A stretch of 64,000 bases of DNA from an uncultured Acidobacteriota bacterium (GTDB taxonomy: Bacteria > Acidobacteriota > Terriglobia > UBA7540): the NCBI GenBank assembly GCA_963804995.1, contig CAWDSK010000006.1, forward strand, positions 160,001 to 224,000, read 5' to 3'. The stretch's first letter is position 1; each line of letters opens with the position of its first letter. A program made the position numbers and the translations under genes. The notes beneath the pieces are model-generated. The model was given only the letters and a program-made list of their open reading frames with translations, was not told where the DNA came from and did no database searches. Shown here in pieces: positions 28,705 to 39,217 of this stretch.

Positions 28705-29680
28705 ATGATCCACATCCTCCGCCAATACGGTTACTCCTTTATTTTTCTGGCGGTCTTTGCAGAAAACCTGGGGGTGCCGGTACCCAGTTACCCGGTGATT
28801 CTTGTGGGCGCGGCGCTGGCTGCGAATCTGCACTTGCGCTTGCCAGGGATTTTCCTCGTCTGTGTGCTGGGGGCGCTCGCAGGGGACGGCATCTGGTACA
28901 TACTGGGCCGATCTCGCGGGCGGCCCATTCTGCGCAAACTCTGTTCGCTCTCCCTCTCGCCGGATTCCTGCGTCAGCCGCACCGAACGCCTCTTCGAACG
29001 CTATGGACTGAAATCCCTGCTGGTGGCCAAGTTCGTTCCAGGACTGAACACCGTTGCCCCGCCCCTGGCGGGAATGTTGAAGATTCCACCCGCGCGATTC
29101 GTCGCCGCGGACCTTGTGGGCATCGCCCTGTGGGCCGGCTCCGCCGTTGGCTTGGGCCGGGCGTTCCATACCGAAGTCGAGTGGGTGATCGAGTGGCTTG
29201 CCGCCTTTGGCCGGACAGGCGTGCTGGTTCTCGCGGTGATGCTGGCGGGCTGGTTGCTGCTCAAGTGGGTGGAGCGTTGGCGATTCTACCGCCTGCTGGA
29301 GCGCTCGCGCATTTCGGCGCCGGAACTCAAGGAGCGGCTCGACCGCGGCGAATCCGTCGTCATTGTCGATTTGCGCTCTGACATCAGTTACCATGTGGAT
29401 GGCAAGAAAGTAGCCGGCGCGCTCTGGATCCCACCGGGGGATTTCGATCACCGCTACAACGAAATCCCGCTCGGCCGCCCGGTGGTGATGTACTGCACTT
29501 GACCCAACGAAGCCACCAGCGCCAGGATGGCGCGGTTACTCAACGAGAAAGGTTATCAGGACGTTCTGGCCGCTCTTGGGAGGATTTGACGCGTGGCAAG
29601 AGCTGGGCTATCCCACAGAACCTGTCGTCGTTCAAGTTCCGGCTTTGACCTCCATCGCGCCAGTCAGTTCATCCGCCTGA
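28705..29680 (+). CDS. DedA/VTT-rhodanese fusion, probable selenoprotein (TGA 29500-29502 as Sec; extra base near 29565)
   Basis: ENLGVPVPS, AKFVPG; YCT-TGA-PNEATSAR; downstream WPLLGGFDAW in shifted frame. Confidence 0.82.
29515..29536 (+). promoter_or_regulatory. Putative bacterial SECIS hairpin
   Basis: ACC-A-GCGCCA-GGA-TGGCGC-GGT starting 13 nt after UGA, G in apical loop. Confidence 0.6.
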
Positions 29681-29773
29681 ACGCCGGTCATACAACTCTT
29701 ACCTGGCAGAAAGCCTCTATAAGTACAGAGGCTTACTCGGGCAGGAAACGCCATTAAGATCAGGAACTCCACA

Positions 29774-31165
29774 ATGAAATCAACGCCAAACCTAACCAAG
29801 AAAATCGTGTTGGGAATCTCTCTCCTGGTCGTGACAGGCTTGCTCAGCCTGGCTACGGCGCTGGCAGATCGTCCTCTGTCAAAGGACGACCTGACTTTGC
29901 TCCTGCTCGGCGGTTCGCAGAGCAACAACATCATTCAGATGGTCCAGCAACGCGGCATTGATTTCCAGATGAACCCGGAGCTGGCTAAGAAGTTCCACGA
30001 CTTGGGCGCCAGCGACGATTTGATTGAGGCCTTGCAGAAAGCGGGAAACAAAGCGCCGGCCGCCGCTCCCAGCGCGCCCCCACCCGCCGCAGAGAGCAAG
30101 CCTAACGCTCCGGCTGCCCCGGCCGCGCCGGCCACTGAGACGGCACCGACCAAACCGAATTCGCCCACGGCCCCCCCAGCCGCCCCTGCTGAACCCGTAG
30201 CAGCACCCGAACGCAAGCCCAATACGCCGGTAGCGAGCGCCCCCGACGAGCCCTCCTCGGAGCCTACGTTGCATGTTCGGAAGTCGGCCACTGAGAGCCG
30301 GGCGGAGGCTCCGCCATCGGCTCCCAAGGCAAGCGCGCCACCTTCGGCTCCGCAGGCCACTGCTGAGGCGAAGCCCCCGGCCGCGGCTCCGGCTAGTCCG
30401 CCCGTGGCCAATGCTCCGGGCCTGAAGGATCCCAGCGCGGAAGAGATTCAGCACATCATCCAGGAGTTCGCCGCCAAGGAAAAAGTCTTTCGCACGGCCC
30501 GCAACAATTACACCTACCATCAAATCAACAAGGTCCAGGAACTGGGTCCGGACAACGAAGTGGTGGGCACCTTTGAGCAGGAATGGGACATCCTCTATGA
30601 CGATGCGGGGAAACGCATCGAGCGTGTCACTTACGCTCCCCAGGATACGCTGAAAGGGCTGATTGTAACCCAGGAGGATATTGAGAACTTTCGTAATATT
30701 CAGCCTTTTGTGCTGAGCACGGAGGAGTTGCCGGAGTACGAGGTCAAGTACCTGGGCCACGTCAAGGTGGATCAAATCACCGCCTACGTCTTCAACATCC
30801 GTCCCAAGCAAATCGAGAAGAACCGGCTCTATTTCCAGGGAGTCGTATGGGTGGACGACCGCGACCTGCAGATCGTCAAGTCGGAAGGCAAGACCGTCCC
30901 TGAATTGAAAGGCAAGAAGGGACAAAACCTGTTCCCGCGGTTCACCACCTGGCGCGAGCAAATCGATGGCAAATTCTGGTTTCCCACTTACACCCTGGCC
31001 GACGACACTCTCTACTTCCCCAACGGCCCGCCTATTCACATGAAGGAAGTGGTTCGCTACGCCGACTACAAGCAATTCAAGTCCGGCGTAAGAATCCTGG
31101 GCGTGGAGGCGATCGACAAGCCGAAAGAAACCACCACTCCGCCACCCGCGCCGCCGAATAAATAA
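29774..31165 (+). CDS. Secreted protein with long Pro/Ala linker and conserved beta-rich C-terminal domain
   Basis: Signal peptide; FQGVVWVDDRDLQIVK, IDGKFWFPTYT. Confidence 0.75.
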   Translation: MKSTPNLTKKIVLGISLLVVTGLLSLATALADRPLSKDDLTLLLLGGSQSNNIIQMVQQRGIDFQMNPELAKKFHDLGASDDLIEALQKAGNKAPAAAPSAPPPAAESKPNAPAAPAAPATETAPTKPNSPTAPPAAPAEPVAAPERKPNTPVASAPDEPSSEPTLHVRKSATESRAEAPPSAPKASAPPSAPQATAEAKPPAAAPASPPVANAPGLKDPSAEEIQHIIQEFAAKEKVFRTARNNYTYHQINKVQELGPDNEVVGTFEQEWDILYDDAGKRIERVTYAPQDTLKGLIVTQEDIENFRNIQPFVLSTEELPEYEVKYLGHVKVDQITAYVFNIRPKQIEKNRLYFQGVVWVDDRDLQIVKSEGKTVPELKGKKGQNLFPRFTTWREQIDGKFWFPTYTLADDTLYFPNGPPIHMKEVVRYADYKQFKSGVRILGVEAIDKPKETTTPPPAPPNK

Positions 31166-31339
31166 GCGCCGGCTTGCTACGGCTGAGGTAACGCCGCACT
31201 GCCGAGCCGCAAGTGGAAGGCAAGAGCAGAGACCCTTTGCCTCTTGATCTCCCTTTGCAGCCTTGCCGCACTGTGCTATCGGCGTCGCGATCATTCCCGC
31301 TTCCCCCGCCCCGCTCGCTTCCTGCTACAATTCGTAGTC

Positions 31340-32101
31340 ATGAAACCGCTCAAAATGGATTGGCGCGTGGTGCTGGTGCGCCCGCGAAACCCCTTGAATA
31401 TCGGTGCTGCGGCACGAGCGCTCGCGAACTTTGGTCTGCGCGACTTGGCAGTTGTCGACCCTTTCCCTCCCACTTGGGAAGAGGCGCGCTCGGCCGCGGT
31501 GGGGGCGGAGGAGGTGGTCAGGTCAGCCCGCGTTGTACCCACTCTTCTGGAGGCCATTGGAGACGTTACGCTGGTGCTGGGTACGACCACTGGCTCGCGA
31601 CGCCACCTTGACCGCGACCTCTTGCCGCTCCCGGACCTTGCCGCCTGGCTGCGGAGCCGCAAGCATTCTGGGCGTGCCGCGCTCCTCCTCGGCTCGGAGA
31701 AGACCGGTCTATCGAACGAGCACCTGAGTCTGTGCCACGCCTTGGTGCGGATTCCCACGACCGCGGACTGCCCTTCCATGAACCTGGGCCAAGCTGTGGC
31801 CGTCTGCGCGTACGAGCTGGCGCGGTCGGGTGGGTTGGCGGTGCGGCCACCAGGCGTCACAGTCCGGGGCTCGCAGCCCGCCGAGGTGCAGGCGCTCGAC
31901 CGCGTCTTGGAGCGAGCCGCGGGTGTCCTTGACGTGGCGGGATACCTCACGCCTAGGAGCCGCGCGGCCACGCTGATCAAGCTCCGCCAATTGCTGCTCG
32001 ACCTCCAACTCTCCAGCCGCGACGCGCGCGTTCTGGGTGGCGTGCTGGCGCAAGTGGAGTGGAAGCTCGGGATATCCGCAATTCTGAATTCTGAATTCTG
32101 A
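31340..32101 (+). CDS. trmJ: SPOUT RNA methyltransferase, TrmJ/TrmH family
   Basis: PRNPLNIGAAARALANFG, GSEKTGLSNE, SMNLGQAV. Confidence 0.85.
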   Translation: MKPLKMDWRVVLVRPRNPLNIGAAARALANFGLRDLAVVDPFPPTWEEARSAAVGAEEVVRSARVVPTLLEAIGDVTLVLGTTTGSRRHLDRDLLPLPDLAAWLRSRKHSGRAALLLGSEKTGLSNEHLSLCHALVRIPTTADCPSMNLGQAVAVCAYELARSGGLAVRPPGVTVRGSQPAEVQALDRVLERAAGVLDVAGYLTPRSRAATLIKLRQLLLDLQLSSRDARVLGGVLAQVEWKLGISAILNSEF

Positions 32102-32271
32102 ATTAGCAGTTATTGGGGATAGCGGCCCTCGCGTAAATCCTCCCAAAGGATCCCTCCTAATCCAGAATTCGAATTTCAGCAACCGATTTATTTCCAACCA
32201 CTTAGCTCCGGCAACTCCCGTGTGTTGACGCCTGGGAGAATGCTCAGGCGCTAACCCTGCACGGTCTAGTC

Positions 32272-32301
32272 TTGACATCCGGCCCCGTTGCCTCAGATAC
32301 T
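32272..32301 (+). promoter_or_regulatory. Sigma70-type promoter
   Basis: TTGACA-N18-GATACT upstream of 32376. Confidence 0.5.
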
Positions 32302-32375
32302 AGCGCGACTTGGGGGAAAGCGCGGTGATTCTCAGAGGACTTCAATTCACGACCACATAAAATCCGGGGGCATGA

Positions 32376-34100
32376 ATGGATGAGCAGCGGGCGGTGAGCC
32401 ACCTAAGTTACAGCCATGGGGTTGGAAGCTCACCGCTTATGGGCATGTGCGTGGGAGAATTGCTGGACCGCACGGCCTCCCTCTATCCCGACTGCCCGGC
32501 GCTCATTGTCCGCCATCAAAACCGCCGCTACACGTACCGCGAATTCCTGCGCGAGGTCGAGCGCGCTGCGAGGGGACTTCTGCGTTTGGGCGTCGCGAAG
32601 GGCGACCGCGTCGGGCTGTGGGCGACGAATTATGCGGAATGGGTCATCACCCAGTTCGCGGTTGCCAAGCTGGGCGCGCTGCTCGTGAATCTCAACCCCG
32701 CCTATGGGTCGGTCGAGTTTGAGCAGGCCCTCAAGCAATCCGCCTGCTCGACGCTGCTGATCACCCGGGGCTTCCGGAAACGTGACTACCCTGCCACGCT
32801 TTTCGAAATCTGCCCGGAGGCCGCCCATAGCGCGCCGGGGGCTCTCCGAGCCGCCGGGTTCCCTCACCTGCGGAATCTGATCTTCATAGGAGAACGCAGC
32901 CAGGCTCCCGCCAGCATGTTGCCTTGGGATGACCTGCTCCAAATGGGCGAGGGCGTACCGGCAGATGCTTTGGCGGCTCGCGCGGCCACGCTCGAGTTCG
33001 ACGACGACATCAACATTCAGTACACCTCCGGCACCACGGGGTCGCCCAAAGGCGCCGTCCTGAGCCATCACAATATTGTGAACAACGGCCTGCTGATCGG
33101 CCACGGCATGCGCTTCACCTGCGAAGACAAGCTGTGCATCCCGGTGCCCTTCTATCACTGCTTCGGGATGGTGCTCGGCAACATGGTGTGCGTGGCCCAC
33201 GGCGCCGCCATGGTGATTCCCGCTGAATACTTCGACGCGCTGGCCACCCTCGAGGCCATTGCCGAGGAGCGTTGCACGGCGGTGCACGGCGTGCCCACCA
33301 TGTTCATCGCTGAGCTCGAGCATGCGCGCTTTCCGGAATTTGATTTGAGCTCGTTGCGCACCGGTATCATGGCCGGATCCCCCTGCCCGATTGATGTCAT
33401 GCGGCGCGTGGTGCGCGAGATGCATTGCCGGGAGTTGACGATTGTCTATGGCCTGACGGAAACCTCTCCGGGCGTGACCCAGACCACTCCCGACGATCCC
33501 CTGGAGTTGCGCGTCACCACCGTGGGCCGCCCCATGCCGCACACCGAAATCAAGATCGTTGATCCCAAAACCGGCAGGATCGTGCCCCGCGGCGTGCCGG
33601 GTGAGCTGTGCGCGCGCGGCTACGCGGTGATGAAGGGCTATTACCGGAACTCTGAGGCAACCGCGAAAACCATCGACGCGGATGGCTGGCTGCGTTCCGG
33701 CGACCTGGCCACCATGGATGAGCATGATTATTGCAAGATCACCGGGCGCTCCAAGGACATGATCATCCGGGGCGGCGAGAATATTTATCCGCGAGATATT
33801 GAAGAGTTTATGTATACGTATCCTGCCATCAGCGAGGTGCAAGTCATCGGTATCCCGGACCGCAAATACGGGGAGCAGGTGATGGCCTGGGTCAAGCTCA
33901 AGCCGGGCGCCACCGCGACCCGGGAGGAGATTCAGGCCTTCTGCAAAGGGCGTATCGCCCACTTCAAAATTCCCCGCTACATCAAATTCGTTGATTCCTT
34001 CCCCATCACCATCAACGGCAAAACCCAGAAATTCAAAATGCGCGAAATCTCCATTCGCGAAATGGGACTCGAAGAAGCCGCCCAAATCGCCACGGCGTGA
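32376..34100 (+). CDS. AMP-binding acyl-CoA synthetase (ACSF2-like)
   Basis: YTSGTTGSPKG, YGLTET, SGDLA, GRSKDMIIRGGENIYP. Confidence 0.95.
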   Translation: MDEQRAVSHLSYSHGVGSSPLMGMCVGELLDRTASLYPDCPALIVRHQNRRYTYREFLREVERAARGLLRLGVAKGDRVGLWATNYAEWVITQFAVAKLGALLVNLNPAYGSVEFEQALKQSACSTLLITRGFRKRDYPATLFEICPEAAHSAPGALRAAGFPHLRNLIFIGERSQAPASMLPWDDLLQMGEGVPADALAARAATLEFDDDINIQYTSGTTGSPKGAVLSHHNIVNNGLLIGHGMRFTCEDKLCIPVPFYHCFGMVLGNMVCVAHGAAMVIPAEYFDALATLEAIAEERCTAVHGVPTMFIAELEHARFPEFDLSSLRTGIMAGSPCPIDVMRRVVREMHCRELTIVYGLTETSPGVTQTTPDDPLELRVTTVGRPMPHTEIKIVDPKTGRIVPRGVPGELCARGYAVMKGYYRNSEATAKTIDADGWLRSGDLATMDEHDYCKITGRSKDMIIRGGENIYPRDIEEFMYTYPAISEVQVIGIPDRKYGEQVMAWVKLKPGATATREEIQAFCKGRIAHFKIPRYIKFVDSFPITINGKTQKFKMREISIREMGLEEAAQIATA

Positions 34101-34216
34101 CGGCGGGATCCCCGCTTGCCCGGCAATGACTGGAGGTACATATCGCGCGCGCAAATTAACCTCATCTTCGCCGTCCCCTCAGTCGATTATGTTAAGATGG
34201 GGGTCCGGGTTTCACT

Positions 34217-35767
34217 ATGCATTTGACACATTTACGTTCACGGGTCGTTTCGCTCGTATTCATTAGTGTGGTTGCAGGATCATCCTTGCGTGCCGCCCGC
34301 GCGGCCGCAGGCCCTCAATCTCCCGACGTGCCAGGCAGCCGGAGCGTGGGCTCTTCGCGCCCTGCCCAGAACCCTGGCCCGCATGCCCCGCAGGCGAAGT
34401 TCGCGGGAGCGGTCAACGCCAACCCGCGGTCGGACAAGACGACGCAGCCCGCCACAGTGCCTCAACCCCTGGCGCCCTTTGTCCCGCCCCCAGGCACCAA
34501 GACGCTTCCCTATGTGGTGAAGCGCGGCGAGAGTGTGACCTCCATCGCCTCGCACTATCTTCCTGAGAGCGTCTACATGCGGCGCGGCGAACTGGAGAAT
34601 GCCATCCGGCAGGCGAACGGGCTGAGCGCCGGCTCGCCGAAACCCGGCACTGAAATTCAAATTCCGGGCATTCCCTTGCAGCCGATCCTCGACAAGCCGG
34701 TGCTTGTGCCCAAGGATTTCCAGGCACGCGGCGTCTACCTGACGGCCTGGACGGCGGGCAGCTCTTCGGGTCTCGAATTGATTAAGCACTGGAAAGAGGC
34801 GGGGGGCACGGCGGTGGTCTTTGACGTCAAGGACTATGACGGCGAACTCCACATGCCTTTTGAACACCCCTACGCTACTCATGGCAACATCTCGATTCGC
34901 AGTCTGCCCAAGCTCATCCATTACATTCACTCGTTCCAGTTGCACGCCATCGCCCGCATCGCCATGTTCCGCGACGCTGACCTGGCCCAGAACCATCCCG
35001 AGCTTGCCATCCACTCCCGCTCGACCGGCAAGCCCTGGCTTGAAGACGGCAAGCTGGCCTGGGTGGATCCTTCCAACCCTGCCGTGCAGCAATACGATCT
35101 GGATTTGGCCCGTATGGCGGCCGGCGCCGGGGCGGACGAAATCCAGTTCGACTATGTGCGATTTCCGGCGGAGGGTGACCAAGCGGACGCGCTCTTTGCC
35201 TATCAAAAGGAACACCCGGACTGGCCGCGCACTAAAATCATTACCGACTTCGTCGCCCACGCTTACAACACCCTGCATCCCATGGGCGTGCTGTTCTCGA
35301 TCGACGTTTTCGGCGTCATGGCTTGGGGACGCCCGGTTGACCTGCGCCTCACGGGCCAGGACATCCCTGAACTCGCGCGCCACTGCGACGTGCTCTCGCC
35401 TATGATTTATCCCTCGCACTTCTTCGGCTTTGACGGGTATACCGTACCCGGTGATGCACCCGAACATTTCATCTCTGAATCCATGGCGCGCTTTGAAGAA
35501 GCCACCAAGGGCAGCGGAGTTGTGCTGCGTCCCTGGCTTCAGGCCTTTGCATGGCATACCAAAAGTTACTCCCCTGACTACATCCTGATCCAGGTTCGCG
35601 TGGCCAAGGAGCAAGGTGGCGTGGGATTCCTCTTCTGGAATGCGCGCAACGACTACTCGAAGCCCTTTGCCGCCATGCCGGAAATAGGCCTGAACGCCAG
35701 CCGCAAACCCACAGCAGACACGGGGAATCCCAAACCGCACGAAGAAACAGTGGAACCCCCGCGCTGA
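34217..35767 (+). CDS. LysM domain + putative glycoside hydrolase (DUF4015-like)
   Basis: YVVKRGESVTSIA; RGVYLT, DEIQFDYVRFP, PMIYPSHF, RPWLQAF. Confidence 0.85.
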   Translation: MHLTHLRSRVVSLVFISVVAGSSLRAARAAAGPQSPDVPGSRSVGSSRPAQNPGPHAPQAKFAGAVNANPRSDKTTQPATVPQPLAPFVPPPGTKTLPYVVKRGESVTSIASHYLPESVYMRRGELENAIRQANGLSAGSPKPGTEIQIPGIPLQPILDKPVLVPKDFQARGVYLTAWTAGSSSGLELIKHWKEAGGTAVVFDVKDYDGELHMPFEHPYATHGNISIRSLPKLIHYIHSFQLHAIARIAMFRDADLAQNHPELAIHSRSTGKPWLEDGKLAWVDPSNPAVQQYDLDLARMAAGAGADEIQFDYVRFPAEGDQADALFAYQKEHPDWPRTKIITDFVAHAYNTLHPMGVLFSIDVFGVMAWGRPVDLRLTGQDIPELARHCDVLSPMIYPSHFFGFDGYTVPGDAPEHFISESMARFEEATKGSGVVLRPWLQAFAWHTKSYSPDYILIQVRVAKEQGGVGFLFWNARNDYSKPFAAMPEIGLNASRKPTADTGNPKPHEETVEPPR

Positions 35768-35849
35768 CCAGCGCGTCCTGTGCAGCTTCAACCCGGGCAC
35801 GTTAGCCCCCCGAGTTGCGCCCTCCAGCCCACGGACAATCGGTTCATTT

Positions 35850-36101
35850 GTGAATGGCGATTGGTGATTGGCGATTTTCGAAGTCAGCGTTTGATTCATC
35901 TTCCTACCTGATACCGCCGATTACCAATAAAGGGGAGTGCGTCATGGGCGGGGGGCTGGGAATCGGGAGATCGGTTGATCTGGCGATCGGGTGATCGGCT
36001 GATTTGCGAATGGTGATTGGCGATCTTCGAAGTCAGCATTTGATTCATCTTCTTCCCTGGCACTGCCGATAACCGATGCGGGGAAGTGTCATGGGCGGGG
36101 G
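35850..36101. repeat. Degenerate tandem duplication, period ~149 bp
   Basis: GGTGATTGGCGAT.TTCGAAGTCAGC.TTTGATTCATCTTC...GTCATGGGCGGGGG at 35863 and 36012. Confidence 0.7.
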
Positions 36102-36440
36102 ATATTCGGGCAGAGCGGTTAGCGGGTCGCCGCGGGACTTCGGGCCCGTCGCGATCTTCTGTTGCCGTGGTGACAGCCGGCAACTGAGACAGGGGGCTGC
36201 GGCGGGTGGGTTGGGGTGGCGGGCCTCACCACCTTTGACTGCGCGTCCAACGCCTTTCCTACCTTCCGGCTTCGTCCCAATCATCGCGTCACGCGTTTCT
36301 TTCAGCCCGCTACTCGAGGGGGTTCTTTCGTCTCCCCATTTGAACGCAGCGCCGCGAGCTTGGTGGCTCATTGCTGGCTGGAAGGCGACGCTTGGTTCGA
36401 ATGGTGACGGCTTGGTCCATTTTTCTTCCCATTTTCTTCA

Positions 36441-36695
36441 CTAACTACCTTTCTTTTCATAAACATCGTGGAAAAACAACCATAACTTACTTGTTTTCAT
36501 CAACATCGCTAGACTTGCCAAATTGTCGCTTTTGTTTTCCTTTGTTTTCATACACATCGTCAGACTATCCTGATCGAAATTATTTTCGCTATTTTTCCTA
36601 CCCGCAGTAAATGCAACTCATTTTATTTCAACTAGATAGGTTTTTGCTAAAAAACCCTCTTCACGCCTAACCCCCTTTATTTTCATGAACATCTT
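36441..36695. repeat. Cluster of AT-rich direct motifs TAAC-N-TTNTTTTCATNAACAT
   Basis: Cores at 36451, 36491, 36542, 36677 and degenerate 36621. Confidence 0.7.
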
Positions 36696-37227
36696 CACAA
36701 ACAGCGGGCGCGGGGTGCCGAAAAACGGAAGAACTTCAGCCGCGTCTTGGCACGGCGCTGCGCTCCCCCCAGAGTTGCTCCGTGACCTCTGGGTGAAAGC
36801 TCGTCGGGACGCAGAGGACACAGAGAAACATTTGCCAAGAAAACCAGCCTTCACGGCAGGGCATAGCAGATTCCCGATCTTGGGGTCTGCGGTTCTTCGA
36901 GTGCTGTCTGGACACATCATAGCGCTACGCTTCCTTACCTCTATTGTGCTCTTAATCTAGTGGGTTATGTCAATAGGATAAACAGACGTTTGGGCTACCG
37001 GTAGCCCAAAAATGCAAGGCGAGCGACCGATTGTCCGAATATGGTCCGAGAAGGAGCGTATGCGCAACCCATCATGTCTTGTAATGGCGGGGCTTACCCT
37101 GCAGGGCCCCGCCCGGGCGGAGGACAGGCACGAGGCCTGCCCCTACGTCATCTTCAGCTCTTGCAACTGGGTTGTGGACGATATGATTCCGTCAGGGAGA
37201 ATCCATTCGCGGGGGAGAGGAGTAAAC

Positions 37228-37998
37228 CTAACTTGCTTCTTTCTTCGGGGTCCAGTAAACCTCTTCGCGGATAAAGTCTTTCTGAAACCCCTGGCGGCGC
37301 AGGATGCCTTTGGAGTTTTCGATCATCTGCGGGTGGCCGCAGAGATAGACAGTGGTGTTGTGGGGTGCGAGTCCGAGTTGGTCCGTGTACTTGCGCAGGA
37401 CATCCTCGATCCTGCCGACTTCCCCCTTCCATTCCGGGTCCTCCCACGGCCGGCTGATGATAGGGATATAAGTCAGCCAGGGAAAGTCGTGCGCGAGGAC
37501 TTCCAACTCCTCCCGGTAGGCAAATTCCCAGGATCGGCTGGCGGCATGGAGCATGACCAGCCGGGCCTCGAGCGGGTGTCCCTGACGTGCCTCTTGCGCC
37601 AGGGTACGCACCATGCTGATGTAAGGAGCGACTCCGGTGACGGTGCAGATCAGGAAATGCTGCTTGCGCGTGCCCTTACCGTTGAGGGTAAACGTCCCCT
37701 TGGCTTGATGCCGCATCAGGAGCACGTCGCCCACTTGCCGGTGGTAAAGCGGGGGAGTCAGCCGGCCTTTCGACATGAGCTCAAAAAAGAACTCCACTTC
37801 GGCCTCGTGGGGACTGGAGCAGATGGAGTACGACCGCTCGACTACTCTGCCCTCCTCCTCAATCCCCAGGGTGGCGTACTGGCCGGGTTTGAAGTGGAAC
37901 GGGTGCTCCGGGCGCACCCGGATAGACCATAAATCTTCCGTATGATCTTTTCGAAAGATTATTTTTGCCTTCTGGAATTTCTCTAGCGAGACGGTCAT
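37228..37998 (-). CDS. fpr: Ferredoxin/flavodoxin-NADP+ reductase
   Basis: FKPGQY, RSYSI, GRLTP, TGVAP, YLCGHPQM, EVYW. Confidence 0.92.
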   Translation of the reverse strand: MTVSLEKFQKAKIIFRKDHTEDLWSIRVRPEHPFHFKPGQYATLGIEEEGRVVERSYSICSSPHEAEVEFFFELMSKGRLTPPLYHRQVGDVLLMRHQAKGTFTLNGKGTRKQHFLICTVTGVAPYISMVRTLAQEARQGHPLEARLVMLHAASRSWEFAYREELEVLAHDFPWLTYIPIISRPWEDPEWKGEVGRIEDVLRKYTDQLGLAPHNTTVYLCGHPQMIENSKGILRRQGFQKDFIREEVYWTPKKEAS

Positions 37999-38180
37999 GG
38001 AATCTTGCCTTGCTCCCTTGGATCGATTGCAGGATACGACGCAGACTATCCCCCGGCGGTCTAGACATCAGACCGCGCATGCATTGCTAACCGCATCGGG
38101 ATGGATGGCCCACCCCTCCAGAATCTCAGAACTCGGGGCGTGGGTCAACTGTTGCGAGAACTGGAGGTGGGTTAGGTTGG

Positions 38181-38230
38181 TGTAGCGGCGCTCTCTGAGC
38201 GCCGACCGGCGGTCAGAGACCGCCGCTACA
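38181..38230. repeat. Compact GTAG...CTAC REP doublet
   Basis: TGTAGCGGCGCTCTCTGAGCGCCGACCGGCGGTCAGAGACCGCCGCTACA. Confidence 0.75.
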
Positions 38231-38313
38231 AAAATGCCAAACTAACCCACTCCCAGGAGAACGGGCGGCGGAGCCTTCACAGCAAAACCGTGGGCCGGTG
38301 AGGCTCCCCGGCA

Positions 38314-38790
38314 TCAATGGGTCATCGCGCCGGAGGAAATCATGCGGAATTGCGAGACCGCCAACATTCCGATCCAGATCAAGCTGACCACGATGGCAAC
38401 GGTAAAGGTTTTGCCTGTAAACTTCTCCGTCACCTGTTTCCGCCAAGCGCGCGCCGATGCGACAATCAGCAGCAGGCCCGCGAGGATGGCGAAGCCGTGC
38501 AGCGGCGTGTCGTACTGCGCCGAGGGCTTGCCTGCAAAAAAGGTGAGCATGACTCCCAGGTCATGGAAAAACCCGCCGGTCAGCATGCTGAAAATAATCC
38601 AGAGAATGGGCGCGATCATGCCCAACATGTACGGAAACTTGTCCTCGCCGAAGAAGACCATAACGGCGATGACAACAAAGATGGTGGAAGTCAGGAGCTG
38701 ATAAGCGAAGAACTCGGGCATAGTAAAGGCACTGGCAACGACGAGAACCAAAGTCAGGAAGGCTGCAAGAAACACCCATCGGTCAGGCAT
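38314..38790 (-). CDS. Hypothetical multi-pass membrane protein
   Basis: About five hydrophobic segments; TAAGGAG SD. Confidence 0.8.
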   Translation of the reverse strand: MPDRWVFLAAFLTLVLVVASAFTMPEFFAYQLLTSTIFVVIAVMVFFGEDKFPYMLGMIAPILWIIFSMLTGGFFHDLGVMLTFFAGKPSAQYDTPLHGFAILAGLLLIVASARAWRKQVTEKFTGKTFTVAIVVSLIWIGMLAVSQFRMISSGAMTH

Positions 38791-38997
38791 ATTCGCACTC
38801 CTTAGTAAGCGCTCAAGTCAAACATTCCTTCCGCCTCCACACCGGGTCCGCGGAAAAAAACGTACGGCAACCGCGCACTCCGGAGCGAGAGCAGTAAGGA
38901 GCTTCCTCAGATTAAGGGTCCGGCATTGAGTCTGACTACCGTCAGCCGGCGGAAGTATACCACACGCGGTCAACGTGGGAGGGTCAAAGGAAACGGC

Positions 38998-39107
38998 GGT
39001 AGTGTCTCAGTTTGATGTAGAGGCGGCGGCATTCATCCCGATCTGATCGGGACGCCGCCATATGGCGAGGTAAACTCGCCGCTACATGATCAAACTGAGA
39101 CACCACC
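38998..39107. mobile_element. 110-bp MITE, same TIR family as 10266-10551, carrying a GTAG REP; 8-bp TSD GAAACGGC
   Basis: GAAACGGC|GGTAGTGTCTCAGTTTGA...TCAAACTGAGACACCACC|GAAACGGC. Confidence 0.88.
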
Positions 39108-39217
39108 GAAACGGCAGGTTAGCGGGACATTTGGCGTGGAAGGCAGCGGCATAGAGGCTAAGGCCACAGCACACACTTCCTTTTCGGAATTCACAACTTG
39201 GGGTAAACTCAAGACGC

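Noticed and set aside
28105..35899. Long minus-strand ORFs (448, 471, 574, 539 aa)
   Set aside because: Antisense to motif-supported plus-strand genes; no recognisable motifs
36441..36695. CRISPR or iteron array
   Set aside because: Repeats short, degenerate and irregularly spaced; no cas or rep gene
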